Of a stretch of DNA of 64,000 nucleotides, positions 56,090-64,000 are shown piece by piece. The stretch is from contig NC_043005.1 of NCBI RefSeq assembly GCF_006345805.1, positions 64,976,001 through 65,040,000 of the forward strand, in the 5' to 3' direction. The notes under the pieces are model-generated. The model was not told the origin of the DNA and made no database searches. It saw nothing but the letters and a program-made list of their open reading frames with translations. The translations under genes were made by a program, and so were the position numbers. The stretch is from Octopus sinensis (taxonomy: Eukaryota). Numbering within the stretch: position 1 is the stretch's first letter; each line of letters starts with the position of its first letter.

Positions 56090-56205
56090 GCATGTGCATA
56101 TATATGAATGTGTGCATACTTTTACATTTCTATCTATATTTGCATATATGTATGTATGTGTGTATGTATATGATATAATATAATTGTTAAATGTGTATGT
56201 GTGTG

Positions 56206-56265
<60 letters not shown>

Positions 56266-56281
56266 ATACATATACATACAT

Positions 56282-56345
<64 letters not shown>

Positions 56346-56469
56346 TATATATAAACATATATAAGGTTAAAGAATTAAGGTTAAGAAAATAATTTTGTAG
56401 CAATATTAATCTTTTTGTTGGTAAATTTCATTTTCTCTTTTTATTTTTAATACATACACACACACACAC

Positions 56470-56505
<36 letters not shown>

Positions 56506-56529
56506 AGACAAAATCCATCCACACTTCAC

Positions 56530-58331
56530 CTCCTCAACCAAGCAATGAAGACAGAACTAGAGGAAAGCCATACACCAAATAACATAAACATGAATAATGT
56601 ATCATCTGACCAAGTGGCAAACCAAAGACGCAACTCTTTTACTAACTTATCTAGAAAATATGAAGGCCGGCCTAAGCCAGGAGATCTAATTAGCTATCAG
56701 CAACCATTTATGCAAAACACAAGGAACACACACTCACCACCAACTAGAAAATCATATACACACGCAGTTCCATACAAAAACTACAATTACTGCTACCTCT
56801 GAACAACATAACACATAACACTGAGCTCTTAGAACAATACAAACATCAAACTACCCTTGCCTCGACAGTCCTGTTAAATGTACGTGGTATCAACCCATCA
56901 TTCGCAGTCCAAAAATAAAAAAATCCCATACATAGAGAGTTGGCTTGCTGAAACGGCACATTGCATCCCTTTCTTTATCCTTACTGAAACTCACTTAAAC
57001 AACACTCATATGGATGTCGCGGTGAAAATAAAAGATTTCACTATCATCCGTGCAGATTGCACAGACCGAAATAAAGGGGAAACAGCCATCTTTCTCCATG
57101 ACTCCTTTTCAATTGATGCCAAGGACATATTTTCCAATGGCTATTGTGAATCTATATTACTATTCAACGAGACCAAGGACATAATCATTGTTGGTCTTTA
57201 CAGGCCTCCCTAAGCACCTCTAAAATGCTTTGAAGAATGCTTCAACAAAATTAAGTCCTTCCTTCAAAACTACAACTCCGGTAACATACTAGTGATGGGT
57301 GATTTTAACCTTCCTTATATAAATTGGCCCATAACTACACTGAATTTAAGTAAATGCTCTAGACCAGACAAAGCAGCAGCAGAATTACTCTTTAATCTAA
57401 TGGATAAATTTTTCGTAACTCAACTTGTGCCCGAACCGACAAGACAGAATAAAGCGATCTTGGATCTAATATTAAACAACCACTCTGGCTCCGTTCACAG
57501 TATTTCAGTTGAAAAACTCTCTTCTCAAACCACGACATGATACTCTGCAGCTTTAAGTTTCGGTATATCAAAACCAAGCCAGCCAACCCCACTACATTGC
57601 ACTTCTTTGATAACATAAACTTCCACAAAGCGGACTGGAGAGCAATCAGAAAGGATCTGTTCTCCTTCGATTGGTCCTTCACTCTCAGTTCCACTCACAT
57701 TGAGACCGCATGGCAGCACTTTGAGAACATTGTCACCTTACATGCTCAAAACAAGCTCGTACGAAATCCACTAACACAAACAGAAATTGGCTCCCTAAAA
57801 AGAAAAAAAAAACACTCATCAGGCACATCAAAAGACTTAATAAAAATAATCAACCAATTAAAATACTCCCACATACACATCCACATTCAACAACAATGAA
57901 AAGGCTGGAGTTGGAAAAACTTCATCTGCAGACCGACATGAAAACCTCCATTAAATATCAAAGAGCTGCAGCGGAACAGTGGGAAATCAAGAGCAACAAA
58001 CATAACTCAAAAGTGTTCAAATCATATGCAAACAAGCGTAGAACCGCTGTCTCAACAGAACTCAAAAGTGTTCTACTCATATGCGAACAAGCGTAGAACC
58101 GCTGTCTCACCCATTGGTCTATTGATCGATGATAACGGCACTCCCCAACACGATGCTAAAGAAAAATGACAGAAATACTGCAGAAACAACGCTACTCTCT
58201 CTTTAGTGATCCCACTGATGTTGACGTAAGGGAAGCGAACGAAGTTGATTCCCAACATAAAATCTCGGATCATCACTACCTCAGACATCATAGCAGCAAT
58301 AAATGAGATCAAATACTATTCTGCTGTAGGC
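56530..58331 (+). mobile_element. Decayed CR1/L2-type LINE ORF2 5' part (APE endonuclease)
   Basis: LNVRGI, ILTETHL, IIRADC..RNKGETAIF, VGLYRPP, MGDFNLPYINW and PTRQNKAILDLILNN; many stops; ends just before the RT domain. Confidence 0.82.
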
Positions 58332-58585
58332 TTGATAGATAGCGAATACTATTCTGCATGTATGCGGGATGTATGTGTTTCTATGAATACATGCAAATAG
58401 GAAAGGTAGCAGGCTATAACTACACCATTATATGAATTGTAGTATACGCATCTAACTTCAGTGGACTTTAAATTGTATCCAGTTCTATTACTAATATATT
58501 ATTAATTCTCTTATTTTTTTCATGCAGGCACTCCAAGTACTACAAATAAACACACTCATATTTCCAATTCGTCAATAAGTAAATA

Positions 58586-58962
58586 GGCGCAGGAGTAGCT
58601 GTGTGGTAAGTAGCTTGCTTACCGACCACATGGTTCAGGATTCAGTCCCACTACGTGGCACCTTGGGCAAGTGTCTTCTACTATAGCCTCGGGCCGACCA
58701 AAGCCTTGTGAGTGGATTTGGTAGACGGAAACTGTATGTGTGTATGTGTTTGTGTGTCTGTGTTTGTCACCCCAACATCACTTGACAACCGATGCTGGTG
58801 TGTTTACGTCCCCGTAACTTAGCGGTTCGGCAAAAGAGACCGATAGAATAAGTACTAGGCTTACAAATAATAAGTCCTGGAGTCGACTTGCTCGACTAAA
58901 GGTGGTGCTCCAGCATCGCCGCAGTCAAATGACTGAAACAAGTAAAAGAGTAAAAGAGTAAA
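58586..58962 (+). mobile_element. SINE family A, full length
   Basis: Canonical head and tail. Confidence 0.93.
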
Positions 58963-59324
58963 GTTAGTAAAATATGTAATGTTATATATCTCTAACCCAC
59001 TATTGTTTAGTCTAATGTAATCATCTAACTACTTGCCTAGATATTTATATCTCTTCTCAAAACGTGAATTAGATAGAATAATGAGATCGACGTTGTCAGA
59101 CATTTTTTTTTTTAATTCAATATATTTCGAGAAAAGACGCAACATTCGCAATTATCCTGTATGAGACACGTTAGAATTATGAAAGACAAAATGATCGGTT
59201 AATGATATATTCTTTTTTTTTCAGATAACTCTCGTATCTTGATTACAGGGTAAACAAATCCATTTTGAAAACATCGCTTTGCAAACTGTATATAAATACA
59301 CACATACGTACACACATACATACA

Positions 59325-59378
<54 letters not shown>

Positions 59379-61354
59379 CATGTTTGTGTATATATATATA
59401 TATGTGTACGGACGTATGTATGTATACATACACACATACATTCATATGCATGTCTATATATGTGTATATATGTATGTAAGTATATGAAGTTATGTATTTA
59501 TAGTTACCGATATGAATATGGAATATAAAATTTACGTACCAAGAACAACTACTGCTGTACAATTTACGAATACGAAATTTATATTTTTGTATTCGTATAT
59601 TCAGATGAACCAGTGTTATTTTGGTTGAAGAAAATGAAATAGCCGAACACGAAAAATAATTTGATCGCAGGCTTCTTACAGTATTTATTGTTGTTCTATA
59701 GTATGGAACCTGATTCTTTTGGGTCGATTTTGATTTTTATCTCATAAGATTGTGTAAAATACCTGTAATAAACTACGGAAAGTCGATTCAATTGACTGTA
59801 TTCGTCGTTCATAGAAATGTGTTTCCTGTTCAGCAAATAAATCAAACCCGATTGTTTAACACGATTTCTAAATTGTATTAAACTGCTGCATGTCATTCAC
59901 TGTTATATACAACTTTAAAAAAATATTCATACAGGGAAATCATTCCAACATATTTATAATTAACATTCACTCGATGCCTTCTGTGTAAGTGCTAGGAAAA
60001 ACTACTTCAAATTCAGCTTGAAGATATAGTCAGAATCTCAGTATCTGACATGAAATTGGAAGCTCCCTTGAGGCTTTAAGTTTCGTCTACCTGTCCAGTA
60101 AGTGTAACCCAAGAAAATGTAATTATCTACAATGATTTCTTTTACGCTTCCATAATCAATAAAGAAGTCTACTTCTGTATCATCCGATATTTTCCCTTCG
60201 TTTTGGTTTGAAAAAATTGCTACACGAATCTTCATTGAAACAACATTGCTGCTGTTTTAGAGGTGAATATAACTTTCTGTTGTGGTGGTCTCTACGCCAG
60301 CTGTGTGGTATATTTCTAGAAACATCATTGAAAGTTGAACCATTTTATTGATTACATGTTTGGTCTGCTAGCAAAATATTAAATATTCTATTACAAGATT
60401 TTATTTTAATGAGGTGCTTCACACTTTGACATTGACGTCCGCAGAAAATGTCTCGAAAGTTAATTGAATTCAAAGATTAAAATAACATTCAGAAAATAAT
60501 TCTTTGTAAAGTTAGTATATCAATTTCTTTAATGCACTTAGCCATTCTGTCATGTTGCGGGTTCTGGGCTGCCTTCTCTTCTTCAAATCTGGTAGATTAC
60601 GTCTCATTAACTTAATCTACCAACTGCGACGAAGTAAAAGATAGCACTTTATGTAACAGGGAAACAAGTATTGGGGTAATTGGTTGCGACTCTTTATGTT
60701 CAAATCCTGCCGAGGTTACACTGTCTTTCATTCTTCCAAGATAAGTAAATTATAATGCATGTCACGTTCTGGGGGGAATTCAGTCGACTATGAATGTCAA
60801 CTCAAGACTCGTAGTCTATGGCTATGTGTCTTAGTGTTGTTCGCACTCTAATGACATATGGGTGTGTGAACACCAACGACCGCAATATTTCTGTGAGTGA
60901 CAGTGGTCCGGGCGTTGTTTGTAGGAACAATGTCTCACAAATTCTATCATTAATCTTTAGGAGCAGCACTTTTTAGATGCAAAAAATATTTGAAAATAAT
61001 AATGCTGGTCTCAGAGACATACAAAGCAATGAGGGATAACTTCCCCAATGACGTGGAAAGCTCCAGCGTAAGGACTAGTCGATGGACCCGGGTGGCAGAG
61101 ACGTAACGTAGGAATAAAGCCACCATTCTGTCTTAAGCAGGTCGGGATGGGTGAAAGCTCCTCGTTACCAAGCGGATGCGTGTGGGTTTTTATTGGCACT
61201 TTTCCTAACTGTTTGGGACGGTCGATGGATCGAAAATAGGGATAGACTTTTCCGCCTACCTGGCATAATATTGGTATGGCTCATAAATTCACTGCTTTGA
61301 TAACACTCGCTCCATTTTGTTTTGCTTTTAGCGCCTTCATAATTCTTCTCTTGT

Positions 61355-61584
61355 ACTCATGTTGTGCGGAGAAAATCCCTGGAGAAGGACATCATGCTCG
61401 GAATGGTCAGTGGCAAGAGAGGAAGAGGCCGACCAAGAACCCACTGGCTTGACACCATCAAGAGGGATACCGGAATGGACATAGCCAATCTGAAAGATGC
61501 GGCCCAGGATAGAACTGACTGGAGGACACTGATCCAACGAGTAACCGAGAGTCGACTTCGACTGAGCGGATAGATAGATAGATA
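61355..61584 (+). mobile_element. RTE-clade LINE 3' end with (GATA)n tail
   Basis: LEKDIMLGMVSGKRGRGRPRTHWLDTI...AAQDRTDWR is typical of an RTE/BovB C-terminus; tail gatagatagatagatag. Confidence 0.85.
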
Positions 61585-62039
61585 GACTCTTTGAAAACTC
61601 CCTCCCTCCCCCATCTCTTTCATTTCTCTTTCTGTAATCTTATCATCCTGCAGCAGCGCTAGGTAACCGATTCTGTAAGACCAGTTAATACTTTCCAGAG
61701 TGATTGTAAGCATGTAACAGGCCGACAATTCCTGACCTTTCTACCCATTTTTGTTTCTCTTTCTTATTAGCACTGTCTTTTCTTTTGCCATCAATTACAG
61801 TATATAGTTTCTATACAATCAATGCAAAACGGTTGCATATAGCTGTGTATGCGAAAGAGAGTTTTGAAATCAGAATCCCCGAACACAAACCGACCCAGGG
61901 GCATTCCAATTTAACGTTTTCTTAAGCATATTTGTCACTTTTTTATTTGTGATATTATATTCCCTTGTTTTGATCTATTTACCATTTCACATTTAAATAT
62001 CCGTAACCAGTCCACTTCCAACTATCTTGAAACTCTTCG

Positions 62040-62480
62040 TTCCAAATATCAAATATTTCGGCATTTGGCACGTCATTTCCCAGGTGTTTATTATTATTGG
62101 TAAACACTCTTTTCATTGTTTCTGAAGAACCTGTTCTGCTATTAGTTTATTCCTTGTTGTTATCTAGTTTTCTTTTGTTGTTTTTCTTTTTGCGTAATAT
62201 TACCTTAATTTCTGTTTTCCTTTCTTCTTTAGCTGCCAGCAGTCCTTTGTGTCTAATGTTCCACCTATGGATCTCATTCCTGTCACTGTCCTTGACAATC
62301 TTCTCTTCAGTTATTTCGTTTATTTTTTCAAGATCTTTACTGAGCTGTTTAATTTAATTCCCAAGCCTTTGCCTCTTGATTTTAACCCCACGAATTTCTA
62401 CAGCAACATAGCTGCGCCGTGTATGAAGTCGTTTAGATCTGTTATATTTTCGACATTTCGTTAACAACTCGACCACCTTA
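62040..62480 (-). pseudogene. Old Dong/R4 N-terminal fragment
   Basis: ITDLNDFIHGAAML...IKQLSKDL...RFFRNNEKSV parallels ITELNDLIYAAA...IRKDL...RFFEQNKK in the 9.4-13.4 kb element. Confidence 0.5.
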
Positions 62481-63569
62481 CCATTTTATGTAGTCTGTGT
62501 GTGAGAGAGAGAGAGAGAGAGAGGAGGAGGAGGAGGGAGAGAGAGAGTGTGTGTGTGTGTAGGGGTGCGGGTGGGTGTAGGTGTGTTTATATGAGTCGAA
62601 CTACAGCTGTTTAATTAGAATGAATTAATGACATTTTCTACATATTTTATTCGTTAATGCCAAAATCCCACCAGCATTTTATTGCTATGTTTTGTGTAAC
62701 TCCCATTCGAAATGTATCATCCATTTCCACTGTATTTAATATATTCTTAAATAAAATAATCCATTTTATAAAATAAAATAGTATTTTTAAAGATCAGCTT
62801 AATGTTTTAGCAAATGGATTTGTTTCAATACCAACTGCTGTGTAATCTGCATTATGGAAATATAGTTGTCCCCCTCTAGTTGTGGATTATCTATGCAAAT
62901 CTTGTATTGTTGAATGGAAACCCGATGGAAGCTAATTTTAATAAAATGTCTTAGATTAAAGCTAATACATATTTTTTTTGCTTTATTTTATGTCAAAACA
63001 TTCTTTAAGAAATAAAATCTAATAATATTCTTTCACTGCAGTTCCTCTGCTGTCACCACGAATACTGTACCGCTGCAAAATTAATCACATTTAGCACAAG
63101 AGATTCAGACATAATAATTAGATTGAAAATTCTACATTTTTTTTCTTTTGCAACAACGACAGCAAAATCAACATCAGTGTTGAGAATAAACATCCTGTAA
63201 TAAGTTAAGGCTGTTTATTTTCAAATTCTCTATTAAGCGTAATGGCAGAGGTTTTTATTTATATAGGATTTTACGTGGAAATCGCTCAACAAAAAAACGT
63301 CTTGATTTTTTCATTTAAAGGTGAAAATCATGGAAGCCACCAACGATACACAAAGAGAAATTGAAATATTCAATAATTTAGAAGTATTGAACTTGTGTTC
63401 GATTCTCAACAAATTAAAATAATCTTAATCGATAACTTATATCGTATTTTGAATGCCCACATATTTTTCTAGATAACTTATAAATGTTTCGTAAATTAGA
63501 TATAATAACGCAAACGATATTATTTGCACTACAGATGCCACATTTATATATATTATATATATATATGTA

Positions 63570-63800
63570 TCTTTTATAATCTTGCTTGTTCCAATCGTTA
63601 GGCTACGACCATGTTGAGGACACCGTCTTGAAGGATTTTAGTCGAACGAATTGACTCCAATACGTTTTTCTGTCAGCCTGGTACTTATTCTGTCGTTTTC
63701 ATTTGCCGAAGCTACGGGTACGTAAACACATGAACACACCAGATGAAGGTGGGGATGGAAGATAAATACAGACACAAAAACACACACATACACACGCATA
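63570..63800 (-). mobile_element. SINE family A, highly diverged 3' half
   Basis: Contains ctggtacttattctgtcg...tttgccgaagctacggg. Confidence 0.55.
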
Positions 63801-64000
63801 CACACAAACATACACACACACATACATGTGTGTGTGTGTTTCCCCGATGATGGCTTAGCTGGACAAATCTTCGAAGTCACTGTCGATACTGTCCATGCCA
63901 AAGAATTATATATAATCACTCTTTTACTAGCTCCAACCCATGGTTACTGCTTCTTCTGTAGTTGGTTGTTGGTGAATGGGCGATTTTAGATAGCACTGTC

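Overview
AT-rich eukaryotic, repeat-dominated DNA (intergenic or intronic). It is most consistent with an octopus (coleoid cephalopod) genome, inferred from two abundant tRNA-derived SINE families and pervasive (TA)n/(TG)n microsatellites; no database search was run. No host protein-coding gene, rRNA, intact tRNA or CRISPR array can be supported. The recognisable coding remnants all belong to transposons: a near full-length Dong/R4 retrotransposon plus a truncated sister copy in a (TAA)n array, three CR1-like LINE pieces, Tx1/L1, RTE and Penelope fragments, five Tc1/mariner-derived segments and five Helitron-derived segments. The most interesting structures are: (1) a ~390-bp inverted repeat at 42.0-43.5 kb whose arms each carry a type I hammerhead-ribozyme core with an unusually long stem II; (2) serial insertions into one TAA microsatellite; (3) two independent SINE trimers with an identical junction; (4) a Helitron-borne palindromic minisatellite rich in STAT/kB-like motifs; (5) a 40-bp double-ended Helitron-terminator palindrome; (6) a pre-miRNA-sized perfect hairpin; (7) a Merlin-like MITE carrying telomere-type repeats. 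Many TE frameshifts are 1-bp losses in homopolymers, so some elements may be more intact than the assembly shows.
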